Shown here: positions 18,454 through 28,654 of the stretch, piece by piece
Position numbering within the stretch: the stretch's first letter is position 1
Layout of the letters: the number at the start of each line of letters is the position of its first letter
Virus record (IMG/VR): IMGVR_UViG_3300037313_000136
Location: 1 to 51,701 of that record
Source of the DNA: a virus
Lineage: Duplodnaviria > Caudoviricetes
Direction: 5' to 3' (one strand)
DNA: 51,701 nucleotides
Made by a program: the position numbers and the translations under genes
The notes under the pieces: generated by a model
The model's database searches: none
What the model saw: only the letters and a program-made list of their open reading frames with translations
Told to the model about the DNA's origin: nothing

Positions 18454-18847
18454 CTCGTCTAGTAACTAAACCCGATTCGACTTTGCCGTTGTCGTATTTC
18501 CACTTAGGGAATTCGTCAGCGGCTTTGTCGTATTGACCAGTCTTATGATAGGTGAACAAATGACTACTGAGGAATTGAGCGGGTCCGACATTGAACACGA
18601 AGTCTACGAGAGCATCGAACTGAGACTGTGTGCAGGGCAGACAATGAGTATTGACAATGTTGACAGCGTATTGAATGTCTGCATTAAGCAAGGACTCAGC
18701 GACCGATTGAGTTATAACTTGGTTGGGTTTTACCCCCTTAGTATGACCGTAACCGATAGTCCAGACACCTCCGGTATCTTGATATGCCTTAAGCGAACAG
18801 CCTTCCGATGATTCTGTAAGATGAAGGCCCTCATTACTTATTTGCAT
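18209..18847 (-). CDS. GH24 lysozyme endolysin with low-complexity C-terminal extension
   Basis: SEGCSLKAYQDTGGVWTIGYGHT (E-8x-D-5x-T), FDALVDFVFNVG and GLVTRR. Confidence 0.93.
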   Translation of the reverse strand: MQISNEGLHLTESSEGCSLKAYQDTGGVWTIGYGHTKGVKPNQVITQSVAESLLNADIQYAVNIVNTHCLPCTQSQFDALVDFVFNVGPAQFLSSHLFTYHKTGQYDKAADEFPKWKYDNGKVESGLVTRRAKERELYTRQEPVADHPHTDVPEHSVPSVDGSASANPGPSVDQSSVAPPAPVSSTAPVSNSGQSEFVAQALALLRKLLGKG

Positions 18848-19010
18848 TTGGAGTGTAATCCGGCATCATTACGGCAATAGCTCCGCAGATAACTGCACCA
18901 ATAATTAGTTCTTTGTAGAAAGCTGCACCAGCAGTAAAAGCTACACCGATACCCGCCCAAGTGCTAGCCTCAAGGAAACGGTTCTTCAGATAGTTAAAGG
19001 TTTTTAGCAA
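18834..19010 (-). CDS. Putative holin (58 aa, two TM)
   Basis: GAGAGG RBS and TTG; KNRFLEASTWAGIG plus two hydrophobic segments; directly upstream of the endolysin. Confidence 0.72.
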   Translation of the reverse strand: MLKTFNYLKNRFLEASTWAGIGVAFTAGAAFYKELIIGAVICGAIAVMMPDYTPNANK

Positions 19011-19149
19011 TTTGAACAGCCTCTCTTACTTTACTGTAGTGGACGCGATTGTTTATATAGACCTGACGGAATAGTTCATCAGGGTCGTAGATACCCTGCT
19101 TCATCAGTCTACGAACTTGAAGAATTAAGTTAGTACCGGACATATCCAT
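18994..19149 (-). CDS. Small hypothetical protein
   Basis: ATG ORF of 51 aa overlapping both neighbours. Confidence 0.5.
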   Translation of the reverse strand: MDMSGTNLILQVRRLMKQGIYDPDELFRQVYINNRVHYSKVREAVQIAKNL

Positions 19150-21649
19150 ATCTCTTGAGGTTATCAGGACTGATGGAACTCATGCCAACCACACCAGCGG
19201 TGTAGTCAGTGGTTGCAATGTTTCCGTCATTAAGCTTCAATCGGGCTGCATCAGCAAGTGTATGTCCTGAGTGGTACATACTTACTGCGTCTTCCCAGTT
19301 ACCGGTTCTGGCGTGGTTGTCTGCTAGGATACGCATAGCCAAGTCCACGTTTTCTTCTGGTGTAAGTTTGGTAACATCAGCTCCATACCTAGCAGCAGTT
19401 GTCGGCATAATCTGACCGGGGCCAACTGCACCTTTCTTACTTACTCCAACATTAGGATTGCCTCCACTTTCCTGATGTATTAGACGCAGGGCAATATCAG
19501 TTGGTACTCCGTGCTTCTCAGCAGCAGTCGTGACTGCACCAGCGAGTGGCATATTAGCAACCTCTGCAACAGGCTTAGGTGTTGGCATTTTGTTAACGAA
19601 GTCCAGCATGTGACTGATAGCATCGTCAACATTCTGTTCGGGTGTCTTGCCATTCTTCTGCGTGGCAGTGGGCTTCTGAAGTGACTGTGGAATTTGACCA
19701 GTAGCGAAGTACTTGCGAGCTTCCTGATAGTTAACACCTTTACCGAGAGTAGGATCATAACCCTTTGAACCCGCATCACTTAAGTTATTAAGCATGTGGT
19801 TAAGAGTTGAAACCTGCTCCAATACCTTTGTGGATGGTGAAGGCTTAGTCAACTCATTAGCGTATGTACCAGGGCTTGCAGCCTCAGCAAGACTAAAAGC
19901 ACCAGCAGCCATTCCACCTTTCTGAAGGGGGGCTTCAACCTTCTTACCATTCCACACGGCTTTCCACGTTAGAGTGTGAGGATCAAGCTGTGCTGAGTAA
20001 TACTGATCGCCACTCGGCATCTGCGAAAGAGTCATGTAAGTACGAGTTGTGGCCGGTATCCAAGCTCGGACTGCATCCATACGATCAGAGACGTTGGCAG
20101 AAGTATTAAAGAGTGCAGTGGTTACACCACGAGTATTCAGAGCTTTGCCCTGCATCAATACATTACCAAAACCCCACTGAGGAACAACGTCCACAGCCAA
20201 GCTGGCAGTCTGCTTAACAGAGTTAACCAATGCAAGGTGAGCTTGCTTGTCTGTACCATTAGTAGCCGGATCGTTGTGAGCCAACGCATTCATGGAGATA
20301 AGAGCGGCAGGAGCAGCGGCCTTGATTTTCTCCGGGTCCCATGAGGATGGGTCAATGGTTCCGTTCAAGGTCTGTACAAATTCAGTGAAACTCGGCATCT
20401 TCGAAGGGTCTTGAATAACACCTTTAAGTTCGTTGCCAAGCATATCCATCAATTGTTTGTTTCCCTGAATGGATGGACTGAGTAGAACACCAACAGCCTG
20501 AGGACCAATCAACTTCTGAAGGCGAAGGAGGGTTGGTGCAGCTTTAGCATAATCTATACCGTACGTATCAGTGATTGTCTGTAGTGCTCTTTGCTGAGCT
20601 GCCACAACTGACTGAGGACCAGAAATAAGATTGACAAGTGCCTCTCTCTGCTGATGATACATTGTATCCAGCCGAGTAGCATCATCCGAAGACAATAGTG
20701 AACCAAGCTGTCCTTTCTGGTTGATGTACTCAGCATCCAAGGCAGGAAGTGCTACACTAAGCCAGTGGGACTGAAGCTGCTCAAGCCTTCCCGGTTGATT
20801 AGCCAAAGAAGGATCAGCAAGTTGGTTGACAGCCATTTTCATAAGGTTGCTGAAGTTACTAGTCAGGTAAGTGTTAGCACTGTCAAACAACGTAGAGCTA
20901 TTTTGAGTTTGAAGCTGTTTACGCTGTTCATCTGTTAGTTGGACATTCTTTAGAGTAAGGTCTGCAAGAGTGCTCTTTGTTTTTAGATCAGCTTCCTGAG
21001 CCTTGAGATTACCCACCGTAGCAAGTATCTGCGCCTGTTCTGATGGACTTCTCTTGTAGTAATCTGAATATCCGTACTCATTAACAGCAGCATCTTCCAA
21101 CTTGTGCTGCGTGTCTAGTTGAGCAGACTGGTTATTCTCAATGGCTTTTTCAGCATTGTTGTACTGCTGCATAATCATGTTGTCTACGCCAGCTTCTTTG
21201 AATACCTGATACACAGCATATTCATGGCCGGGGTTGGCAGCAAGAGCCTGTCTCAGTACAGCAAGAGATTTAGCCTGAGCCATTGATGGATCAATCTTAC
21301 CCTGAGCAGCAGCCTGCTGAGAATTAGCAGCCTGAGCAGCAAGAGGCTTAACATTAGCAGCAGCTTGTTCACTACCGGGGGGAATGTTGGCCTTGGGTGC
21401 AACCGAGGAATCGGAAAAGATACCCGTAGTAATATCTAGAACTGCATTGTTCCTTGCTTGTTCATCAGCAGCAGCTCGTTTCTGAGCAGCATTTCGATTA
21501 AGCGAAGTCCATGCATCGCCAGCCACACCAGCAAGGTTGCCCGCGAAGTCAGCAATAGCTGTTAGCGGAGATGGAGTGGCAGGAGCCGCCTGAATAAATC
21601 TCTGCTGACTATCAATTTCAGTTGGCAGTGTTTTAGAAAGATCGGCCAT
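19130..21649 (-). CDS. Internal virion (ejectosome) protein with C-terminal lytic transglycosylase domain
   Basis: IHQESGG, GAVGPGQIMP and AVSMYHSG SLT motifs; helical Ala/Gln-rich body. Confidence 0.85.
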   Translation of the reverse strand: MADLSKTLPTEIDSQQRFIQAAPATPSPLTAIADFAGNLAGVAGDAWTSLNRNAAQKRAAADEQARNNAVLDITTGIFSDSSVAPKANIPPGSEQAAANVKPLAAQAANSQQAAAQGKIDPSMAQAKSLAVLRQALAANPGHEYAVYQVFKEAGVDNMIMQQYNNAEKAIENNQSAQLDTQHKLEDAAVNEYGYSDYYKRSPSEQAQILATVGNLKAQEADLKTKSTLADLTLKNVQLTDEQRKQLQTQNSSTLFDSANTYLTSNFSNLMKMAVNQLADPSLANQPGRLEQLQSHWLSVALPALDAEYINQKGQLGSLLSSDDATRLDTMYHQQREALVNLISGPQSVVAAQQRALQTITDTYGIDYAKAAPTLLRLQKLIGPQAVGVLLSPSIQGNKQLMDMLGNELKGVIQDPSKMPSFTEFVQTLNGTIDPSSWDPEKIKAAAPAALISMNALAHNDPATNGTDKQAHLALVNSVKQTASLAVDVVPQWGFGNVLMQGKALNTRGVTTALFNTSANVSDRMDAVRAWIPATTRTYMTLSQMPSGDQYYSAQLDPHTLTWKAVWNGKKVEAPLQKGGMAAGAFSLAEAASPGTYANELTKPSPSTKVLEQVSTLNHMLNNLSDAGSKGYDPTLGKGVNYQEARKYFATGQIPQSLQKPTATQKNGKTPEQNVDDAISHMLDFVNKMPTPKPVAEVANMPLAGAVTTAAEKHGVPTDIALRLIHQESGGNPNVGVSKKGAVGPGQIMPTTAARYGADVTKLTPEENVDLAMRILADNHARTGNWEDAVSMYHSGHTLADAARLKLNDGNIATTDYTAGVVGMSSISPDNLKRYGYVRY

Positions 21650-24600
21650 TACTGTTGTGGTTCCTCTGCGTTCATAGTTGCATCTTGATTGTTGAATTGT
21701 TCATTGATCTGGTTAATTGCTTCATCTTGGGTCTGTGTACTCTGACGTATACGTAGCAACCTGCTGTAGTCAGATGGGTCACGACCAAGGTGAGCTTTCT
21801 GTAGTACTTCCATCTTATCTTCGGGCGGAAGCATATTAACGAACTGACTTACAATACGAGAGTTTTGTTTGAACTTATCTGGTTCACGTACGCTTTCAGC
21901 CCAACGGGCGTTAACGAAGTCAGCAGCGTTCTGTACGAAGTCTTGACGGTTCTTCTTCCATTCCATGATAGCACTACGATCTCTTAGTTCTCCGGGAGCA
22001 AACCCAAGAGCAAGGAACGCAGCATCAGCCGGAGGAAGATTATCAATCAGTACTCGACCCTTCTGGCTGGTGTAGATACCGTACTTCTTAGCGAAGTAAG
22101 CCTTAAAGGCGATGTTGTTGACTGAGCTAATCTGTTTGAATAAAGTATCCCAATCATCCTGCGTCATATCGTAGGGGTCTTCACCACCAGTTTCCGCAGC
22201 AACCCAATGTTGGATTAAAGCATATGCAGAACCCATTGCCTCACCGAATACGCTGTAAGTCGCTCCGCCAAGCATATCTGCTGGCGTGGTTTTATCACCG
22301 TATTCGCTATAACCCATCAGCTTTTCCGCTGTCTGCTGAAAGAAGTCGCCGGTGGCCAAACGTTGACCTATCTGAACATCAGCACCAGTGGTTAGATGAA
22401 CTAGCTCGTCAACCATACCCCGCTGGACAGTGGCCCACGCCACTTCTCCGGGAGAACCGTTCAAGTTGGGCGCTGATCCTGTGCGAGAATTAATGTAGTC
22501 AGTAATAAGGCCAGCAGCTGGTACACCAGCAGCACCACCCATGAACAGCTGGGCCATAAGCAGGCGAGCCTTCTGAGCGTTGGTGAACTGGTGTCCAACC
22601 AAAGCTTCCATCATACGCCAGTTGTATGCCCAAAACTGAGTAGGAATAGAAAGGAGTCCCTTTTGCCAAGCAGCAGCACTAGTCTGAGACATGTTAAAAC
22701 TGTAGTTTTCCGTCCTAGCGCGGAAGAACTCATTGAACTCGAAGTTTTCAAAATCGGCAGAACCAAAACGTTTTACCGCTTCATCATAGGCAATACGAGC
22801 AGCAACCAAGCGGTTAGCGTCCTCTGCGCGGTTAAAGAAAAATCTTCCAGACGTACGAACTGCGTCTTGCTTGGAGAGGAAGCTGTAAGCCGCTGCTGGA
22901 TGAGAGCTGTTGACAAGGAGGTGACTGTCTCCAAATGCAAATATACCCGACTTGTCAAGGAACTTCATGTAGTTCTTAAATTCCTGCTCACTTCCGAAGC
23001 CAGCAAGTTTGGATATGCCTCTCTTCGCGAGAAGGTCGAGAACGTTGTCTCCAACTCCATTCTTAAGTGCTGTCCTGTACGCAATCATCGCAGGAATGGT
23101 AGCCATACCCTTGAGTCCAGCGCCGGGGGACATGGCAAGAGCGGAGAATGCAGTGCTGATCTGTACGAACAACTGACCGGGGTTCCACAGTCCAAGCTTC
23201 ATATCGAAGGTTAGGCCACGGAGAATGTTAACTGGATTGTGGTCAATCACCCACAACGGAGCTTTACTAATCCACTTGCGTAGTTCGTTATCACTATTAC
23301 CAACCATCCATTCGTGGAGACGACGCATAGCGTTGGTCTTCTCCATGTCGAACTCACCACGAAAGTTCAGCATACGCTTGATAGCTTCACGCTGTCCTTC
23401 GATCTGATGGACTAGCTCACGATTGGCTCCGCGACTTACAGTAGCCGAGTTGAAAATTTCGGCAGGACTTGCATTTTGGTTGTACTCAAGAAACTGACCG
23501 TAAGTGTTAACCCAACGCTGAACCGCTGAAGTCTTGAAGTCATCGAATGAACTTAGACGAGCAACGTTGAACAAAGCGTTGTTCTGCATCTTGAATGGAT
23601 CAATGGTCGGTGCAAGATCGCCATTGACATTCTTTAGGACATCGCCCTTGGCACTGTAGTACAGTTGCCCATTAGTACGGTAGAAGCCATTGGCTCCCGA
23701 CTCATCAGCAAACTTCCCTCCACCTTTGGCATACTCAACCGGAAGCTCTCTATCGAAGAGTGCCTCAAACGGATAGTCAGTATTCCACGTACCATCCTGA
23801 ATGCCTTTCATAAAGTCGTCACCGCTGGGCAGTCCACGCTGTCCCTTGAAGATGTTGTCATCGAGGTACGCAGCATCTTTACCATCACGGACAGCAAGAC
23901 GAGCTAGTTCCATCTGCTGTGCCCAGCGAGCTACGTCAGCCTTGGTAGCACCTGTTACGTACACCTGAGGCTTGTCTAGCCTTTTAACACCGTCAGCAGT
24001 CTGAATGTACTTGGCTTGCTTGACAAAGAACTTATCTGCGTACACACGATGCCCACCTTCTGAATACGGAAGTACGTAATCAGGAAGTTGGTTAGCCTCT
24101 AGTTCAGTTTTATTAACTAGGAATTTACGGTAGTAGTTACCGTCCTTAAGTTTCACTGGGTCTTCAGTAGTAACAATGAAGTGACCCTCACCCTCAAGCT
24201 CCTTCAGTCGAGCTTCAGTCATATCTCCCGGTTTGATAGTAACGCCGGTTGAGATATGGAGCATCGGTTCATCAGGAACCTTCAAATCATGCTCAACAAT
24301 TCCCAACTTATTTATATCAGTACCAAGCGCGTCAAAGCGGACCTTCTCTACTCCACGAGTAGCAAGATCAGCCAGAGAATTCGCATTACGCATCTCGAAG
24401 TCAATTTCGTCAGCGGTCCTGTAATTAAGATAAGCAGCTTTGACTTTACCACTTGGAAGACTACCGGTTGCCCTTTCCCACACAGTATCGAACTCTGTTG
24501 GGGATAGCCAACGAGCCTCATTTACACCTTTCTGCACAACCTCACGGAGATACGTCCTATCGGTTGGCGAAAGCTTAGTTACAGTTTTATTGAGGTCCTT

Positions 24601-26406
24601 AATTTCACGCATCCACTGCTGCTGAACTTGACCCGCCTGCGTTCCTTTAGCGAACAGTTTGGGATCAGAAGTAACAGTGTTGCTACCAAGCCACCTAGCA
24701 ACATAGTGCTGGTTAGGTGGATTAAGGTCATTAGTGTAGAAGCCAGTTTCACGCATGTACATCTTTACACGCGGGAAGAACAGACCAGATGTATCTTCAA
24801 CCACGTTAGTTACATCAGCACCATATCCCTGATTGTGTAGCCACAGTCTTGCTTCATCCTGAGAAGCGAAGGATTTGTTGAGAGTTACATCAAGTTGAGT
24901 AATCTGCTGTCCATTAGACAGACGAACATCTTCAGGAGTGTAATCAAGGACGTTAGAGTTAGTACGAGCCTTGATCGTGTCCAGTGTGTTCTGGATCGCT
25001 ACTCCCTTTTCCTCCGGGCTGAAGAACCTGTTCGGAGATTGAATCATCTGGAACTCTGGTGAGTTCAGAACCTCCCTCGCATAAGCAACCTGATCGGCCA
25101 CATCTCCCGCGCGGGACACAGGCTGGATATTTGGAACTGTGAAATCTGGATTGATCTTTGCAGTGCTTGATAGCAAGTCTCCCCTAGTAATAGGTTTGGA
25201 CTCTGGCATTAATAGTGGATTAACTGAACGAGGAAGACCTTGCTCGATAAGCTCGTCAGGAACCACCGCTGTCTGCTGCGTCATGGCAGGCAAACCATCT
25301 TTCGATGCAATCTCGAAAGCGTTAGCTACACGATTAGTAGCGGCAGAACGAGCACCCATACCGGTGATAATATCACTACCATGAGTTAATGCAGTACCAA
25401 CACCCTTGAACAACGGAGCAATCAGCACCATGTCAAGAGCATTGCCAGCATCCATCTCGCTACGCTGCCACGTATCAACACCGCCCTTAAAGGCAGCGAG
25501 AAGTTCATTAGCCTTACCGGGATCGCTCAGAATACCAGCGTACGAGCTGTTGCTCTGAATATTAGCCAGCAGCTTTGGAAGATACTTAGCCTGCTGCTCA
25601 ACAGGCATTGACTGCCAAGCTAAAACCTGCTTACCAAGTTCTCCACCGGGATCAAATAGTCCACGAAGTAGGCTTGAACTGTATCCACCAGTACCGCTCT
25701 GTACGTTACCCCAAAGGGAGCGAGCAGTCTTCAAGGTGAAAGACTCAGGCAAGCTAGCAATCGTAGTAAGTACTTTGTGGAGAGCCGATTCTGATTGAGC
25801 ATCAACACCAGCCTTCTCAATCGCATTGGCAATCACCAAGTTGCGAGTGTAGAAGTCTTTCATTACCCCAAACGAAGTAGCCTTGGCAGGATCGAGTCTA
25901 TTATACAAGGCTCGCGCTCCAACCTCATCGCCAGCAGCAAGCTTTTCCTGAATGGCATGAACTGCTGCTTCCTCAGTTGAAGAATATGACAAATCATCAA
26001 TACGGTTGGCACGATCAGCGGCGGTAGTCTGTTGGACATTCCGTACTAGGTCAGGTGTGAAGAGTTGACCTGTCTGTGGGTCCTGAGTACCAACAATACC
26101 CTGAAGACCCTTCATTCTATCTTGCGTACCGGCTATAACTGCCTGCATACGAGTAGTGGCTTCCTGACCACTCTGGATAATCTGAGTAGCCTGATCCATT
26201 GCTTTGCCAAGCGTGCTTGACAGGTCATCAATAGTTGCTTGATGGCTCTGCTGAATAAGAGCGAGCGCTGTCGTAGCAGTACGACTAGGAGTAGCTACAT
26301 TATCATTGGTTGTAGCTTCGCTCTCAGCCTGAACGTTATCACCGAACGGACTTTCAGGCTGCTGAATAAAAGGGGAGGCACTGGGGGTAGTGATGGGATC
26401 AGCCAT
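21649..26406 (-). CDS. Large internal virion protein (1585 aa)
   Basis: Size and position in the podovirus core-protein block; no RNA polymerase motifs recognised. Confidence 0.75.
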   Translation of the reverse strand: MADPITTPSASPFIQQPESPFGDNVQAESEATTNDNVATPSRTATTALALIQQSHQATIDDLSSTLGKAMDQATQIIQSGQEATTRMQAVIAGTQDRMKGLQGIVGTQDPQTGQLFTPDLVRNVQQTTAADRANRIDDLSYSSTEEAAVHAIQEKLAAGDEVGARALYNRLDPAKATSFGVMKDFYTRNLVIANAIEKAGVDAQSESALHKVLTTIASLPESFTLKTARSLWGNVQSGTGGYSSSLLRGLFDPGGELGKQVLAWQSMPVEQQAKYLPKLLANIQSNSSYAGILSDPGKANELLAAFKGGVDTWQRSEMDAGNALDMVLIAPLFKGVGTALTHGSDIITGMGARSAATNRVANAFEIASKDGLPAMTQQTAVVPDELIEQGLPRSVNPLLMPESKPITRGDLLSSTAKINPDFTVPNIQPVSRAGDVADQVAYAREVLNSPEFQMIQSPNRFFSPEEKGVAIQNTLDTIKARTNSNVLDYTPEDVRLSNGQQITQLDVTLNKSFASQDEARLWLHNQGYGADVTNVVEDTSGLFFPRVKMYMRETGFYTNDLNPPNQHYVARWLGSNTVTSDPKLFAKGTQAGQVQQQWMREIKDLNKTVTKLSPTDRTYLREVVQKGVNEARWLSPTEFDTVWERATGSLPSGKVKAAYLNYRTADEIDFEMRNANSLADLATRGVEKVRFDALGTDINKLGIVEHDLKVPDEPMLHISTGVTIKPGDMTEARLKELEGEGHFIVTTEDPVKLKDGNYYRKFLVNKTELEANQLPDYVLPYSEGGHRVYADKFFVKQAKYIQTADGVKRLDKPQVYVTGATKADVARWAQQMELARLAVRDGKDAAYLDDNIFKGQRGLPSGDDFMKGIQDGTWNTDYPFEALFDRELPVEYAKGGGKFADESGANGFYRTNGQLYYSAKGDVLKNVNGDLAPTIDPFKMQNNALFNVARLSSFDDFKTSAVQRWVNTYGQFLEYNQNASPAEIFNSATVSRGANRELVHQIEGQREAIKRMLNFRGEFDMEKTNAMRRLHEWMVGNSDNELRKWISKAPLWVIDHNPVNILRGLTFDMKLGLWNPGQLFVQISTAFSALAMSPGAGLKGMATIPAMIAYRTALKNGVGDNVLDLLAKRGISKLAGFGSEQEFKNYMKFLDKSGIFAFGDSHLLVNSSHPAAAYSFLSKQDAVRTSGRFFFNRAEDANRLVAARIAYDEAVKRFGSADFENFEFNEFFRARTENYSFNMSQTSAAAWQKGLLSIPTQFWAYNWRMMEALVGHQFTNAQKARLLMAQLFMGGAAGVPAAGLITDYINSRTGSAPNLNGSPGEVAWATVQRGMVDELVHLTTGADVQIGQRLATGDFFQQTAEKLMGYSEYGDKTTPADMLGGATYSVFGEAMGSAYALIQHWVAAETGGEDPYDMTQDDWDTLFKQISSVNNIAFKAYFAKKYGIYTSQKGRVLIDNLPPADAAFLALGFAPGELRDRSAIMEWKKNRQDFVQNAADFVNARWAESVREPDKFKQNSRIVSQFVNMLPPEDKMEVLQKAHLGRDPSDYSRLLRIRQSTQTQDEAINQINEQFNNQDATMNAEEPQQ

Positions 26407-26849
26407 TATAGATGACTTGCTCCCATATCTGCAACCTTAAATCCGAAGTTTGTAATAGTTCCCCACATATCTGCTTTCGCTTTGTACTTCTCAGCCGTAG
26501 CACCAAACTGCTCAGCAAGATCAGTCATGTGATTATATTCATCCAAGAAGGAAACATTGCTTATCATCTGGCTGACGATACTTGACTGACCACCTTGAGC
26601 ACTAGAGCTAGAAGCAACTCCCTGATTTTCAGCATTCTGTTCTGCTGAAGCAAGAGCTTGCCTACCGGCCCGAATGGCATCAGTACGTTGCCGCATTCCT
26701 TGTAGTTGCGTTTGCTGACGGAGGACTGCATTCTGATCTTGTAGAGCATTGGCAGCCTTTTTCTGAGCATGAGCACTTTCAACGGTGCCGACTGCTGCAA
26801 CACCAACTCCGACCGCTAAAGCGCCAATTGCAATCGCCACTGGGGGCAT
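26406..26849 (-). CDS. Small internal virion protein (gp14-like)
   Basis: Hydrophobic Gly/Ala N-terminus followed by a Gln-rich helix; synteny. Confidence 0.7.
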   Translation of the reverse strand: MPPVAIAIGALAVGVGVAAVGTVESAHAQKKAANALQDQNAVLRQQTQLQGMRQRTDAIRAGRQALASAEQNAENQGVASSSSAQGGQSSIVSQMISNVSFLDEYNHMTDLAEQFGATAEKYKAKADMWGTITNFGFKVADMGASHL

Positions 26850-26850
26850 A

Positions 26851-27261
26851 TTAGAACTTAATCCTCATTTCAGTTAGGTTCTGCTTGATACCATTCTCGT
26901 AATATAGGACCTTATCGAAACCAGTTTTCCTAAATCCAAAGGACTCAGCGAACTTAATCTCTGGTTCCATTTCAGGTGGTATCCATGTATCGAGATGATG
27001 CCAACCTTTTTCTGTAAGTGCAACTAGAAGACAATCAAACACTTCTCTCAGGTGCTTTAGCCGAGCTGCATCAATTTCAATCTCATTATCAATATGGAAT
27101 GACAATTGACCACATACATCAATCAGATATAGTCGCAATCCATCTTCTTCGTAAATCGTATTACGGAATGGGCGAGCCACTGGCTGCGATGGACCATCCA
27201 ACGAGGTCGAAGTTTTTTCCTGCTTCACTGCTGCTGTATCTGAATTGGATTGATTTTCCAT
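26851..27261 (-). CDS. GNAT-like virion assembly protein (gp13-like position)
   Basis: KFAESFGF motif; lies between tail tube B and internal proteins. Confidence 0.55.
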   Translation of the reverse strand: MENQSNSDTAAVKQEKTSTSLDGPSQPVARPFRNTIYEEDGLRLYLIDVCGQLSFHIDNEIEIDAARLKHLREVFDCLLVALTEKGWHHLDTWIPPEMEPEIKFAESFGFRKTGFDKVLYYENGIKQNLTEMRIKF

Positions 27262-28654
27262 TGCCTCTAACCTTATTCTTAGTCACAACCATACTGAAAC
27301 CGGTATCTGCTGTATCCATCAGCAATCTGCCCGGACGATAAACTTCAGTAGGAATTGTCCATTTGTTACTGCCTGAGGAACTTGACCACTCCCACTTAAC
27401 TTGCATGTTACAAGAACTCGGATAATCTGGTTGGCCGCTAACGATTGCTGAGTCCGTTCTAGTTAGATACGTGAAAAGATAAGTAATGTTCTTTTTACGC
27501 ATAGCATCTGAGAACAGCTCATATCCTGTTTCTATGTAAGAGTCATATGTAACGCCTACATTATCAGCAGAATACCAATCAACAAATTGACCGCTACGTG
27601 ACTGAGCAATGCGAACAGAAGTTCCGTGACTTACAATGTACTCAATCTGACTTGGCATTATATCAGTAGGTATCGTGTAGCTATTATTCCTATTAGCGAT
27701 ATAAATACCTTTAACAACACCGTTAGAACTGGCTGAAAACTTCCACGGGTAAAAGGCCCCTAGAGCTGCATCGAAAATCAGAACTTTATCATAGTTGGTA
27801 GAACTAGCATTTTCTCTATAGAGCCAGTAAATACAATTGCGCTTAGGATCAAATACACCTTTAACATCTTCACGAGCATCATCAGAGATTTTATTATAGT
27901 AGGATTGGATGGTCTGCTCAGTAATGTTTAGCTTATCAGTAGTGGCTTGACTGCCTGAAATAGGGCCATACAAACCAAGATTGCTTTGACTAGCTGCCAT
28001 GATCCCCACATCACTCCACCAGAAAATAGCTTTATCTGTTTCAACTACTGAGTTGGGAGATTGACAACCAATTGGTGAAATCTTATTAACTGAGTAATCA
28101 AGGGCGGAAAAACCATTCTGTCCACCTGTTACAGCCCATACTCCGTTATGAGCAAAAACAATGACCCCGCCGCCATAAGCCGCCAACTTAACAATGTGAC
28201 TTGCCTCAGGGATCGGAATGTAACCACCGTCGGTAGCAACTAGATCAGAAACTTCTTCACTAGTAGGATCAGCGTCCATATAGCAGTTAGCTGCTTGTGT
28301 GGGGTCGAGAAGAACCTGACTAAACAGAACATTGCTTCCTTGCCCATACCAAACTCGACCAGAGAAGAAAGTTATACTTTTGGGACGTTCATTAATTGTT
28401 TCAACTGGCAGGCTAGGGATACTACTAATCAAACTTCTATCTTTATTGAAGAAGTCAAGAATGTAGTGCCCACGAGGGGCATGCATATTACCCATGTACA
28501 ACTTCTGAAGGGTTTCTGGCATAAAATCACCAACCTTCAGATTACGAGTGCTGTCGTCAATCTGAGAACGAGCAAGCCACCACTGTTGGTTATTACCGGG
28601 GTAACGACCAATTATATTAAAGTATTGAATTACAGGATCAGGACTATTCGCCAT
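27161..28654 (-). CDS. Tail tubular protein B / nozzle, C-terminal part
   Basis: FFSGRVWY, DPTSEEVSDLVATDGG, NGVW and KNKVRGNGKSIQFRY; beta-rich. Confidence 0.8.
   Translation of the reverse strand: MANSPDPVIQYFNIIGRYPGNNQQWWLARSQIDDSTRNLKVGDFMPETLQKLYMGNMHAPRGHYILDFFNKDRSLISSIPSLPVETINERPKSITFFSGRVWYGQGSNVLFSQVLLDPTQAANCYMDADPTSEEVSDLVATDGGYIPIPEASHIVKLAAYGGGVIVFAHNGVWAVTGGQNGFSALDYSVNKISPIGCQSPNSVVETDKAIFWWSDVGIMAASQSNLGLYGPISGSQATTDKLNITEQTIQSYYNKISDDAREDVKGVFDPKRNCIYWLYRENASSTNYDKVLIFDAALGAFYPWKFSASSNGVVKGIYIANRNNSYTIPTDIMPSQIEYIVSHGTSVRIAQSRSGQFVDWYSADNVGVTYDSYIETGYELFSDAMRKKNITYLFTYLTRTDSAIVSGQPDYPSSCNMQVKWEWSSSSGSNKWTIPTEVYRPGRLLMDTADTGFSMVVTKNKVRGNGKSIQFRYSSSEAGKNFDLVGWSIAASGSPIP

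Noticed and set aside
21649-26406. Virion-encapsidated RNA polymerase
   Set aside because: No recognisable single-subunit or DxDGD-type RNAP motifs; host-type promoters are present
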